64,000 bases of DNA from Candidatus Woesearchaeota archaeon. Its GTDB lineage: Archaea > Nanobdellota > Nanobdellia > Pacearchaeales > GW2011-AR1. The translations under genes and the position numbers were made by a program. This document shows positions 37,626-47,962 of this stretch, piece after piece. The notes under the pieces were generated by a model. The model saw only the letters and a program-made list of their open reading frames with translations. It did not search any database and had not been told where the DNA came from. Every line of letters begins with the position of its first letter. Positions within the stretch are counted from its first letter, which is position 1. The stretch is taken from NCBI GenBank assembly GCA_964344105.1, contig CAYFMD010000003.1, positions 8,066-72,065 of the forward strand, written 5' to 3'.

Positions 37626-38383
37626 TATTTGTTTAGAAATTGAAAGACGTAGGGATCTTGGTCTTCGAATGATTTTGATATAACTACTAATGTACTTGTG
37701 TCTTCTTCAGACTCTAAAAAATCAACAAAAAGATTTTTTCCATCAGCCATTTCTGCTACACAACTTACGCATAGGTTTTCTGGATCTTCCCTATGTGTTT
37801 CTGCAATGAATGTAGCTATTTCTATTGCATCGTTTAATGGACTAGGTATTTCTACTGGGTGATTTTCCAAAGTTAGAGTTTCAGTTAGACCTTCTTTAGA
37901 TATTTGGATATTTAGATTTGTATTAAATTCAATTGATCCCTGATTTATTTTTGCAGTTGATTGCGAATTCTTATATTCTAAAGATAGTTCGCTGTTTCTT
38001 ATTTGACTTAAACAGAAATCTATATTGTCATCAAGGTAGTTTGCTAGTTCAGATTCTATCCTTTGATTTGATGGTTGAAGGATTGTTGGTTGATCGTAGT
38101 AGTATGGTATGAATGCTATTCCTATATCTTCTACTTTTGCTGGTTGATTGTAGTAGCCTCCCTGAATTCCTATTACTATGTTAGCATCTTCTGCTATGGT
38201 CTTTAAGCATTCTAATATTGATGATTGGACAACTGTTGCTTGAGATGTTGCTCCAATTTTTGAGAAAGCATTTTCAATATTTGATGATGAAGACTCATTG
38301 TTCAGGAAAGAGAAGATTAGGATTCCTACGATTACAACTACTGCTAGAATTATTAGAATTGTAACTTGTGCTCTTTTTTGCAT
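37622..38383 (-). CDS. pilin-like protein with class III signal peptide (paralog family member)
   Basis: It begins MQKRAQVTILIILAVVVIVGILIF and contains GIQGGYYNQP, PYYYDQ, CLSQI and CVSCV. Confidence 0.55.
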   Translation of the reverse strand: MQKRAQVTILIILAVVVIVGILIFSFLNNESSSSNIENAFSKIGATSQATVVQSSILECLKTIAEDANIVIGIQGGYYNQPAKVEDIGIAFIPYYYDQPTILQPSNQRIESELANYLDDNIDFCLSQIRNSELSLEYKNSQSTAKINQGSIEFNTNLNIQISKEGLTETLTLENHPVEIPSPLNDAIEIATFIAETHREDPENLCVSCVAEMADGKNLFVDFLESEEDTSTLVVISKSFEDQDPYVFQFLNKY

Positions 38384-38433
38384 ATTGTTATTTGGGTAAA
38401 TATGTATATAAACTTGAGCCTGTTTTTAGATTT

Positions 38434-39180
38434 ATGAAAAAGATTCTAAATTTGTATAAGAAAGTTGGGCAGACTCCTTTGGAAGTTATTGAGAAATTTA
38501 AGTTGAAGAATCCTTTGTATGCAAGTAAGAGAATGGGTTATGCTGGTCGATTAGATCCAATGGCTGAGGGAGTGTTGATAGTTTTAGCGGATGAAGAGAA
38601 TAAGAAGATAGCTCAATATATGGGTTTTGATAAAGAATATATCGCAGAGATCTTGCTTGGATTTTCTAGTGATAGTAATGATGTTTTGGGGATTGCTAGT
38701 CCTGGAGAGTTTGGAGAGTTGGATGAAAGGGATTTAAAGAGAAAGATCAAAGGGTTTGTTGGAAAATATGAACAGAAAATTCCTAAGTATTCTAGCTATA
38801 AAGTGAAGGGTAAACCAATGTTTCATTATGCAAGGAAGGGTGTTGATGTTGAAGATGTTAAGAAAAATGTTGAGATTAGGAAAGTTAAGGTTAATGAAAT
38901 TTACCAGATGACGAATAAGAGGTTGCTTAGGTATATTGTGGATAAGGTTGGAAAGGTTAAAGGGGACTTTCGTCAGGAGGAGACTTTGAAGAATTGGGAG
39001 AAATTGCTCTTGGATGATGGGAAGTATTATGTTATGAATGTTACACTCTCAGTTAGTTCTGGAACTTATATTAGGGCTATTGCTGATGATTTTGGTAAGG
39101 ATTTTGGTGGTGGTTTGTTGTTGAGTTTGAAAAGGACTAGGGTGGGAAAATTTGAGATTGGGAAGAGTCTGAAGGCGTAA
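38434..39180 (+). CDS. truB: tRNA pseudouridine synthase, TruB-like (no PUA domain)
   Basis: Motif II GYAGRLDPMAEGVL carries the catalytic Asp, and the downstream pattern is KIAQYMGFDKEYIAEILLGFSSDSND. The start is taken at MKKIL to avoid overlap with the divergent gene. Confidence 0.65.
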   Translation: MKKILNLYKKVGQTPLEVIEKFKLKNPLYASKRMGYAGRLDPMAEGVLIVLADEENKKIAQYMGFDKEYIAEILLGFSSDSNDVLGIASPGEFGELDERDLKRKIKGFVGKYEQKIPKYSSYKVKGKPMFHYARKGVDVEDVKKNVEIRKVKVNEIYQMTNKRLLRYIVDKVGKVKGDFRQEETLKNWEKLLLDDGKYYVMNVTLSVSSGTYIRAIADDFGKDFGGGLLLSLKRTRVGKFEIGKSLKA

Positions 39181-39241
39181 TTTCTTACTATAAAGTAATG
39201 ACAATAGTAAGCTTTAAAAGGCAATTTTTGTATGTTTAAAT

Positions 39242-39772
39242 GTGAGGATTTGGATTAATATGGATGACTATAATATATTGGAATACGATGCATTGCCTTT
39301 AGCTGAAAGAGATCCTTTTGAGATTGGAGAACTTGGAATATTGAGACAGTTTGATATTGGTAGATACTATGGTTCAATTGTTAATTCTATGATTCATACA
39401 ACGCTTATTGGTCAAGATAATTATACTAATTCTGAGTTGGGTGTTGAGTCTAGATATTTTTTTGGTGAGTCAGTGCTTGGTGCAAGATTAATTACTGGGA
39501 ATAGTGAACTTAGTGATATAATGCCTGGTTCGAATAGAGTTTTGATTGAACCATCTAGAAAACTGATTATTGGATCAATTGGTGATTTATTTGATAGTTT
39601 TGATAGGATTAAGGATGCTTCTGAATTAGTAGATGGTGAGTTTGGAGAAGATTGGTCTACTGATCTTAGAACTGATTTGATTGATTATCAGTTTAGTGAT
39701 TCTGGAAATTATTTTAGGTTTAATTTCCACCATCCAGATGAACAGAGAATTGTTTCAAGAAGATTACTGTAA
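39242..39772 (+). CDS. hypothetical protein (176 aa)
   Basis: This is an ORF with no recognised motif. Confidence 0.3.
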   Translation: MRIWINMDDYNILEYDALPLAERDPFEIGELGILRQFDIGRYYGSIVNSMIHTTLIGQDNYTNSELGVESRYFFGESVLGARLITGNSELSDIMPGSNRVLIEPSRKLIIGSIGDLFDSFDRIKDASELVDGEFGEDWSTDLRTDLIDYQFSDSGNYFRFNFHHPDEQRIVSRRLL

Positions 39773-39811
39773 TAAATGTTTGTTTTGGTAAGGTTTTAAT
39801 ATATTGTTTGT

Positions 39812-40708
39812 TTGATTAGTTTGATGGATTGGAAAAGAGGATTTGGAATTGGATTGATGTTTATTGGAATCTATTTGATAGCTGTAAATGGGGGTATCAC
39901 TGGAAATGTTATTGGGTTTGGAGATGGTGAGGGAAATAATGTTTTGGGATTTTTGGGGATTGTTGTTTTTTTAGTTGGAGCTTTTTTTTCGTTTATTGCT
40001 AGGAAATCCGGAGTTCCTGTCCCAAAAAAATTAGAGGACATAGTCCAGGTTGTAGAATATGGGAATAGTATTGATAATCCGAATTATCAACATTTTGATG
40101 ATCCTGATGAGATAATTCTTGATTCTAATGCTGTTATCTCTTTGTACCATGGGTTTAGTTCTGAAAACGATAGGATATTGGGGGATATTTTTGATAACCC
40201 TCAGTATGAATTGACTGTTCCTGAAAGTGTTTTAAATGAGTTAAAGGGATTGTCAACTTCTTCTCAGAGATCTCGATCCGGAAAAAAGCAGACTATTCCG
40301 AGGAAAGTTTTCTCTTACATATATAATCGGGCGCATTCTGATCCTCATTATAATTTGGAACCTGATGTTGATTACTCTGATAATCAGATAGATTATTTAA
40401 GAAGGAAGTGGGATGATTTTTCAGATACTAGGGAGGGTAGGCGGTTGGTGCATGGTATAGGGAAGGATTTTCAGAGTGATTTGATTAATGTTGCTGATGG
40501 GAAGGTTGCTATGCTTGCTTATGAAAGGGCTGTGATAGATGGTAAGAATGTTTTTGTATTCACAGATGATGCTGCTTTAAAGGGTGTTTTGAGGGAGATG
40601 AATAGGGATCTAACTAGGGATCAAAAACCAAACATTATTTATGGAGGATTTGAAGATTGGAAAGCTTATTATTCTGGATATAGCTCAGAGAGTGCTGTAG
40701 CAGCTTAG
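39812..40708 (+). CDS. membrane-anchored protein with PIN-like C-terminal domain (tentative)
   Basis: It has two N-terminal TM helices. The pattern IILDSNAVISLY...LTVPESVLNELKGL...VFVFTDDAALKGV resembles the acidic-residue pattern of a PIN domain. Confidence 0.3.
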   Translation: MISLMDWKRGFGIGLMFIGIYLIAVNGGITGNVIGFGDGEGNNVLGFLGIVVFLVGAFFSFIARKSGVPVPKKLEDIVQVVEYGNSIDNPNYQHFDDPDEIILDSNAVISLYHGFSSENDRILGDIFDNPQYELTVPESVLNELKGLSTSSQRSRSGKKQTIPRKVFSYIYNRAHSDPHYNLEPDVDYSDNQIDYLRRKWDDFSDTREGRRLVHGIGKDFQSDLINVADGKVAMLAYERAVIDGKNVFVFTDDAALKGVLREMNRDLTRDQKPNIIYGGFEDWKAYYSGYSSESAVAA

Positions 40709-41125
40709 AAATTTTTCTCTTAGTTTTTCGATCCTTCTTCCAAATTCAGGTATTCTCTCTTTTGTATCACTAAATCTGATTGATCCGTAGCTTTCAAATT
40801 GGGTTGTTGGTTCTCCTGATGCTTTAACTAATATTGGATTTTGAGTATCAGGAGTTCTTACTAGGTATCTAGTTAGGCTTGTGTCGTTTGTGTGCATTTC
40901 TTCACATATTCTTGCTATTTCTATTTTTTCTGTTGAAGTGTGGCTTGTGTATATCAGAGGTATTGTGTAAAAGCCCTCTCCTACAAAGGGTTCTTCAACA
41001 TTTTGAAATGCCAGATCTACAGCAGTTCCAACTAAGTCAAAATTTTCACTCACTGTTGCAAATTCCAAACCTGAATCACTTGTTGGAAAATCTATCAAAT
41101 CTGATAAAAGATAAAGGGTTCTCAT
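40685..41125 (-). CDS. hypothetical protein (146 aa)
   Basis: This is an ORF with no recognised motif. Confidence 0.25.
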   Translation of the reverse strand: MRTLYLLSDLIDFPTSDSGLEFATVSENFDLVGTAVDLAFQNVEEPFVGEGFYTIPLIYTSHTSTEKIEIARICEEMHTNDTSLTRYLVRTPDTQNPILVKASGEPTTQFESYGSIRFSDTKERIPEFGRRIEKLREKFLSCYSTL

Positions 41126-41159
41126 ATAAATTCAGATGTAATTTCTTTTATAAAGCTTA

Positions 41160-41792
41160 CTATCTCATAAAATTATCTTCCCAATTTCTCATGGAACGTT
41201 CGTCAAATCTAACTTCTACTTTATGGTCTTTTGGTTCTTTGAATTTTTGTCTATAGTAAAGCCCTATTATGAATCCAATTGCTATTCCTGAAAGATGAGC
41301 TATTGAACCCACGTTTGTTGGGCCAAATGCTCCGAAAGCTCTTAGTAAGTCTGCGATTACATAAATTGTTGCAGCTAGGAACATTGGCATTATAGCTCCG
41401 AAAGTCCAGATCATCATTGTTGGTCTTAGCATTGTTACCGCTCCTATTACTCCGTAGATTGCTCCAGATGCCCCGAGGCTTGAATTATAGAAATTAACTG
41501 ATATGATGTTTGCAATTATTCCGGTTACTAGATAAGTATAGATGAATCTTCTTGATCCTATTGTTTTTTCTAATACCATTCCAAAGAAGAATAGTGCGAA
41601 TAGGTTGAATAGTAGGTGATCTGCAGATCCGTGGAGGAACATTGATGATACATACCTCCAAATCTCAAAGTCTGTTTGAGCTTTTTGGTTTAATACTAGT
41701 GCGTCTGTGAATCCTGGGATTACTAATTGTAGCACAAAAAATGCAATTAGGATTCCGCATAACCATAGTGAGTAAAATTGTTGGTTTCTCAT
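41160..41792 (-). CDS. rhomboid-family intramembrane serine protease
   Basis: Six TM helices are present, with the catalytic GASGAIYGV (GxSG) and the HLSGIAIG histidine helix. Confidence 0.8.
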   Translation of the reverse strand: MRNQQFYSLWLCGILIAFFVLQLVIPGFTDALVLNQKAQTDFEIWRYVSSMFLHGSADHLLFNLFALFFFGMVLEKTIGSRRFIYTYLVTGIIANIISVNFYNSSLGASGAIYGVIGAVTMLRPTMMIWTFGAIMPMFLAATIYVIADLLRAFGAFGPTNVGSIAHLSGIAIGFIIGLYYRQKFKEPKDHKVEVRFDERSMRNWEDNFMR

Positions 41793-41825
41793 AAGTTTTA
41801 AATACTAAGTTGGTTTTAATAGTTT

Positions 41826-42326
41826 ATGGCAAAGACAAAGAGGCGAGCTGCAAAAGAATTGCAAATAAGGCATGGTAAATGGGAGGCTGAGAAGTTGTTA
41901 AGAAAAGCTGATTCTCGTTTGGGTAAAATATTAAGAGATCAACCTAGGAAGGTTGGAGGAAATAAACCCGTAGATCCTAGTAGGTTGGCAGCAGATTATG
42001 TTGTTTTGGGTGATTATTTTTCTGAACATGGGGATCCTGGGCTGGCTTCTAGATCATATTTCGGTGCTCAGAGAGTTGTTGATAGGGCTGGATTGGATGG
42101 TTATGATGATCTAGCATCTAAATTAGATGCTGCTCGTGAGAGTTCTCCTGGTGTTCCTAAGGGATATGTTGCTGCAGGAGCTTCTGCTATATTGGGCGGT
42201 GCTTTATTGGCAGTGGGAAGTATAACTGGAAATGTTGTTGGGATCTCTGAAGTTTCTTATACTGGAGCTGTTTTGTTTTTAGCAGGTGTTGCTTTGTTGG
42301 CTATTGGATTTCTTAAGAAACGGTAA
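41826..42326 (+). CDS. hypothetical protein with C-terminal TM helices
   Basis: This is an ORF with an Ala/Gly-rich composition. Confidence 0.3.
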   Translation: MAKTKRRAAKELQIRHGKWEAEKLLRKADSRLGKILRDQPRKVGGNKPVDPSRLAADYVVLGDYFSEHGDPGLASRSYFGAQRVVDRAGLDGYDDLASKLDAARESSPGVPKGYVAAGASAILGGALLAVGSITGNVVGISEVSYTGAVLFLAGVALLAIGFLKKR

Positions 42327-43544
<1,218 letters not shown>

Positions 43545-43559
43545 AAAAATTTAGTTTGT

Positions 43560-43901
43560 TTAACTTCTTGCTAGTGCAAATACGTTCTTAATTGCTACAA
43601 CAATAGTTGCTGGAACAAATAGTACTAATAGTGCATCGAAGATAGGTCCTGCATATGGTACAGGTGATAGAACATCACCACCAAAAGCACTTGCTATTAT
43701 CAATACTACACCAGACATAAGGAAAGGAGTTGTTTCTCTATCCGCTACATTCAATAGTCCAACTAACAAACCGATTATGACTAATGCCATTAACCAAGCT
43801 GATCCTAGTTGACCGAATAAACCGATAACTATGGCTATGATAAGTCCTATCAAAAAAGCCCAACTTCCTAACTGATTATTTCCGCCTCTTTTTTTTGCCA
43901 T
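43560..43901 (-). CDS. small membrane protein (113 aa, 3-4 TM)
   Basis: It has a hydrophobic profile and the N-terminus MAKKRGGNN. Confidence 0.35.
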   Translation of the reverse strand: MAKKRGGNNQLGSWAFLIGLIIAIVIGLFGQLGSAWLMALVIIGLLVGLLNVADRETTPFLMSGVVLIIASAFGGDVLSPVPYAGPIFDALLVLFVPATIVVAIKNVFALARS

Positions 43902-44113
43902 TTCAACCTCCTTTCAATTTACTATATTTCTTTTAGTATATTTTGTATACGATATTTTCCTTTTTATATGTTTTGGAAGGTAGTTTTAGGAAAATAAAAT
44001 GAAAAAGTTTAAAAGTGATGTAATTTTAGTATTCTTATGAAAGCGAAATTAGCTGAAAGATATGCAGGGAGTTATCCCCACTTACAATTTTTCTAGCAGC
44101 GCTTTTGATAATC

Positions 44114-44121
44114 TTTTTATA
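44114..44121 (+). promoter_or_regulatory. TATA-like box TTTTTATA ~34 nt upstream of the tRNA-His 5' end
   Basis: The sequence and its spacing are consistent with an archaeal TATA/BRE promoter. This is inference only. Confidence 0.3.
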
Positions 44122-44151
44122 CCTAGTTTTTCTGACTTTACTAACCAATAT

Positions 44152-44223
44152 GGCGGATGTAGCTTAGTGGTAAAGCGCACGGTTGTGGTCCGTGTGACGG
44201 GAGTTCGATTCTCCCCTTCCGCT
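44152..44223 (+). tRNA. tRNA-His (anticodon GTG) with genomically encoded G-1
   Basis: GGCGGATGTAGCTTAGTGGTAAAGCGCACGGTTGTGGTCCGTGTGACGGGAGTTCGATTCTCCCCTTCCGCT has D-stem GCTT/AAGC, anticodon stem CACGG/CCGTG with loop TTGTGGT, and a T-arm GGGAG-TTCGATT-CTCCC. An extra 5' G is characteristic of tRNA-His. Confidence 0.85.
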
Positions 44224-44270
44224 TTTTTTCTTGATGATAGTTTAATAAATACTGGGAAGTTAATGTTATA

Positions 44271-45416
44271 ATGGATCTGGTTAAGGGATTTAAGGATGTT
44301 GAAAATGCAAGTAAGAAGATTGCGGTTAGGAATGTTATAGAAGAAACTTTCAAGCTTTACAATTATAATCCTGTTGAGATGCCCATAATTGAGACTGAGA
44401 ATTTTGTGCGTGGTGAGAATGCTGATGATGAGGCAGTTAGTAGTGTATTTAGATTGAAAGATCGTGGGAAACGTGATTTAGCACTTCGTTATGAATTTAC
44501 TTTTCAGTTGAAGAGATTGGCTAAAAATAAGAAACTGCCTTACAAGAGATACCAGATTGGAGAAGTTTTTAGAGATGAGCCTGTTGGCCCAAATAGGTGG
44601 AGGCAGTTTACCCAATGTGATGTGGATGTTGTTGGGGGCACTGTTAAGGATGAAGCCGAAGTTTTGAAGATAGCTAGCGAGATTTTTAAGAAATTGAAAA
44701 TTGATATAGCTATCAATTTTAATAATAGGAAGTTATTGAATGAGGTTCTTTCTGATAGTGGTGTTAAAGAGAAGGACAGAGATAATGTTATTAGAGAAAT
44801 TGATAAATTGGATAAGTTATCTGAAAAGGAAGTTAAGGAAAATTTAAAGAAGTTTGGGGCGGAGAAGGTTCTTAATGTAATTAAGAAAGATGAAAAGTTT
44901 TTTGAGAAGTTTGAATCTTTTAATGAAGTTAAGGAATTGAAGAGATATTGTAAGTTGTTAGGGGTTAAGATTAATTTCCAGCCTTTTTTGGCAAGAGGAT
45001 TATCTTATTACAATGGAAGTATTTTTGAGATTAAAGGCAGTAAGATGAAACAAACAATAACTGCTGGAGGGAGTTATATGGTTAATGGAAATCAAGCAAC
45101 TGGAATAAGTTTTGGTTTAGATAGAATGGAAATGTTAGCAGATTTGGGGGATGAGTTTAAGAATGTTTTAGTTGTAAGTTTGAATCAAGATGAGAAAGCT
45201 GCTGAAGTTGCTAGTAAGGTTAGGAAAGAAGGCGTTGGTTGTAGTATCTTTTATGGAAAGCCGGGTAAGGCTTTAGATTATGCAAATAGCTATGGAATTG
45301 GTTATGTTATTTTTGTTGGCGATGAAGAAGTTAAGAAGAATAAGTTTAAGATTAAGAATATGAACTCTGGTAAGGAGAAGTTGGTTGGGTTGGATAATGT
45401 TGGTAAGCTAAGTTAG
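44271..45416 (+). CDS. hisS: histidyl-tRNA synthetase (compact, 381 aa)
   Basis: The class II motif 2 reads KRYQIGEVFRDEPVGPNRWRQFTQCDVDVVG. The N-terminus has VKGFKDV and the C-terminus has the anticodon-binding fold GIGYVIFVGDEE. Confidence 0.85.
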   Translation: MDLVKGFKDVENASKKIAVRNVIEETFKLYNYNPVEMPIIETENFVRGENADDEAVSSVFRLKDRGKRDLALRYEFTFQLKRLAKNKKLPYKRYQIGEVFRDEPVGPNRWRQFTQCDVDVVGGTVKDEAEVLKIASEIFKKLKIDIAINFNNRKLLNEVLSDSGVKEKDRDNVIREIDKLDKLSEKEVKENLKKFGAEKVLNVIKKDEKFFEKFESFNEVKELKRYCKLLGVKINFQPFLARGLSYYNGSIFEIKGSKMKQTITAGGSYMVNGNQATGISFGLDRMEMLADLGDEFKNVLVVSLNQDEKAAEVASKVRKEGVGCSIFYGKPGKALDYANSYGIGYVIFVGDEEVKKNKFKIKNMNSGKEKLVGLDNVGKLS

Positions 45417-45781
45417 ACAAACTGTTCTACAAGTCGATGCCCGTTATCCTCATTTTTATTTTGTATAGCTATTATATTTGAGCTGTTTTTTAGTGCATAT
45501 TCATTTCCTCTTAGATGAACAATTCCTACCACAACGCCACCTAGTTCTGTAAATCCTGGAACAAGAACTTCTGAAATTCTTGTAGCAAGAGTTTCTCTAG
45601 GGAATGATTTTCCTTGTGTAGATCTTATTAATATTTCTGCATTGGCTCCAGGGATATAGGCTCCATTTAACATTGGATGGTCTGTTGAGCCATCTGTAGA
45701 TGGATATGTCCAACCCTCATCATATTCTTGGTAGACTCTTAGGCTTTTCCCCATATATGCTCTAATTAATTGTCTTGTCAT
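45413..45781 (-). CDS. hypothetical protein (122 aa), last gene of dnaG operon
   Basis: This is an ORF with no recognised motif. It overlaps the hisS stop by 4 nt, in convergent orientation. Confidence 0.3.
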   Translation of the reverse strand: MTRQLIRAYMGKSLRVYQEYDEGWTYPSTDGSTDHPMLNGAYIPGANAEILIRSTQGKSFPRETLATRISEVLVPGFTELGGVVVGIVHLRGNEYALKNSSNIIAIQNKNEDNGHRLVEQFV

Positions 45782-45811
45782 CTCGCTGATTAAGAATTAG
45801 GGTTTATAAGA

Positions 45812-47962
45812 CTATTTCTTTGGTTCACCTAGTTTTGCAAGTAGTGCTATTAATGTTACAGAGTCTATTAGATTATGATTAACTATTCCTTCCATTTTCT
45901 TTGCAGTTCTTTCTCTTTTTTGCCTTGGAGTTAATGGTTTTCTACGTCTTCTTTTTTCTGGAACATCTTCTCCAATCCATTCTTGGTATGTTCTTGGGAC
46001 TTCTGCTCCTGGCAGGTCGTCGCCTCTATCATATCCGAATACAACTTTCTCAACTGTTTTTAATTTTTTATCCGCTAGATCCTTGAATCTTGCCTTTGAA
46101 GGAATTAAAAGATCTATATGATCCCCATTTAGTTTTTCTCTTAGGGTTGTTCTTCTATCTCCATTTAATGAAAGTCCATTGTGTCTTGCCCTGAATCCTA
46201 GCCTTGGTATGTCAAAAGCATTTCCGTTGTAGGTTAAGGATAATCTTCCATCAATCATCTCTAAGAAGTATTCTATCATTGGTTTTTCTTCTGAAGGGTC
46301 TCTAGCTAATAATACTCCCGGTACAACTTTTTGTCCATCGAATGTTGCGTAGCTTATGCTCACTATTGGATCTATGTATCTTAGTCCTGCTGTTTCTAGA
46401 TCCCATGCAATAATATCACTTTTTCTTAATGCTCTTCCAATCCCTAATGTACTTTTTATTGAATTCAATGTTAGTAGGTCTCTATGTTCTGCTATATAAT
46501 CCGCAAGAGTGTCTGCTCCAATATCTGCTATATCTCTTCTGGTTTCTAAGAAAGGAATTCTTCTTCTATGTCTTACTTTTGTATCTGGGATTGATAAGGG
46601 TACTTCAATGGATTCTGGTTCTTCATAAGAGCCTTCATTAATTTGTTTTGCTCTTCCCACTAATCCGTTTAGCATCCTATTTGTCCAATCATGTCTCATG
46701 TGATTGCTGCTTCTCATTACAAAGCAGGATTCTTGTAGTTCTTGATGTAGCCTTAGTAAATAATCTAGGTTTGGAACTGGATTAAGTCCTGCAGTTAAAT
46801 CAGGCCTTGATTCCAATCTTGTTATAACTGCCTCTAAGTTTCTTCTAACTGTAGATTGATCCATTAATTCAATTCCTGCTTCTCTAATTTGTTCTCTGGC
46901 TGGTTCGTATGTCCAATCGGGTTGTAAGAAGAATGCATATGTTTTTTCAAGTGGATCTTCAGATGCCCATAGGTTAAATGATGTATCTGAGTATCTGTCT
47001 AGGAAATCTTGGAGTCTTGATCCTTTGAATGATCCAAAGTAAGATTTCACTTCAATTGGGCTGTTTCCAACTCTTAAATCACTAAATGCTTTTCTTCCAC
47101 CATTATATGAAAATTCGTTTCTTTCTAGTGATGTTTCTAAATCTCCATCTATTCCATTAATTTTTATTCCGAGTATTGGTGCCCAATGTAGCATGAATGA
47201 AATTAGATTTTCTGCAACTACTGAGGATCTTTTTGACTCTGCTCTACTAAGTGTTACATCTTTTTCATCTAATCCTGCAAGGTCTGCGATTATTCCTCCA
47301 GGCATTCTACTAACGGAGTGATTTGATAGGCATTGTATTTCTCTGTAGACTCTATATTCTTCTGAATCTTTTGGTGCTGATCGTAGTGCTGTTGGACAGA
47401 TGGATCTACCTTGATAGAACCAATCTAATAATCTATCTCCTAAAACTCTCCTGTCAATTTCTCTATGATCTACTTTGTCTGCAATAAATGTGTATGCTGA
47501 AGCATAGGGTCCTGGCATTGATTTTATAAATCTTCTGAAACTTCCGAATCTCTTTCCTGTTGCTGCAGTGTATTCTTTTGGATGTTCTCTTCTGAATGCT
47601 TGCACTCCATATAGTGTTCCTTGGTATGCTTGAGCGATCCTAATATCCTCTTCTGGCCAGAATTCTTTGATAGCTGATTCTATTTGTTCCCTACTGGTCC
47701 AAGTTTCATTTAATCCAAGGTGTCTTCTTAATGCAGGATTATCAATTCTTCCTAGGTGGATGACTCCTAGTTCTTTAAACCATGCTCGAGTAGCCCCGGA
47801 AAGCCGACCTTGTTTCATATCGCTATGATACATCCGGAGAATTTCAGGTTCTGGCGGAACTCTTTTACCTCCTGTTGGCTTTCCGGGACCATAAATTCGG
47901 TAACCTCCATCCAATAGTGGATGGATTTCATATTCTCCTTTTGTGAAGGGCTCTTTAGACAT
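45812..47962 (-). CDS. 716-aa protein with central PD-(D/E)xK-like nuclease motif and C-terminal RNase H-like/DEDD 3'-5' exonuclease-like domain (YprB/PF13482-like)
   Basis: The C-terminal pattern is IIAWDLETAGL ... LTYNGNAFDIPRLGF ... NHNLIDSVTL, an Asp/Glu-Asp-His-Asp arrangement. The central region SDLRVGNSPIEVKSY fits a D..(E)VK PD-(D/E)xK core. There is no P-loop. Its start overlaps the dnaG stop by 8 nt. Confidence 0.45.
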   Translation of the reverse strand: MSKEPFTKGEYEIHPLLDGGYRIYGPGKPTGGKRVPPEPEILRMYHSDMKQGRLSGATRAWFKELGVIHLGRIDNPALRRHLGLNETWTSREQIESAIKEFWPEEDIRIAQAYQGTLYGVQAFRREHPKEYTAATGKRFGSFRRFIKSMPGPYASAYTFIADKVDHREIDRRVLGDRLLDWFYQGRSICPTALRSAPKDSEEYRVYREIQCLSNHSVSRMPGGIIADLAGLDEKDVTLSRAESKRSSVVAENLISFMLHWAPILGIKINGIDGDLETSLERNEFSYNGGRKAFSDLRVGNSPIEVKSYFGSFKGSRLQDFLDRYSDTSFNLWASEDPLEKTYAFFLQPDWTYEPAREQIREAGIELMDQSTVRRNLEAVITRLESRPDLTAGLNPVPNLDYLLRLHQELQESCFVMRSSNHMRHDWTNRMLNGLVGRAKQINEGSYEEPESIEVPLSIPDTKVRHRRRIPFLETRRDIADIGADTLADYIAEHRDLLTLNSIKSTLGIGRALRKSDIIAWDLETAGLRYIDPIVSISYATFDGQKVVPGVLLARDPSEEKPMIEYFLEMIDGRLSLTYNGNAFDIPRLGFRARHNGLSLNGDRRTTLREKLNGDHIDLLIPSKARFKDLADKKLKTVEKVVFGYDRGDDLPGAEVPRTYQEWIGEDVPEKRRRRKPLTPRQKRERTAKKMEGIVNHNLIDSVTLIALLAKLGEPKK

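Noticed and set aside
44062-44353. Two ORFs (plus 69 aa, minus 70 aa) spanning the tRNA-His locus
   Set aside because: The sequence folds into a canonical tRNA-His with G-1. The ORFs are chance frames across an RNA gene.
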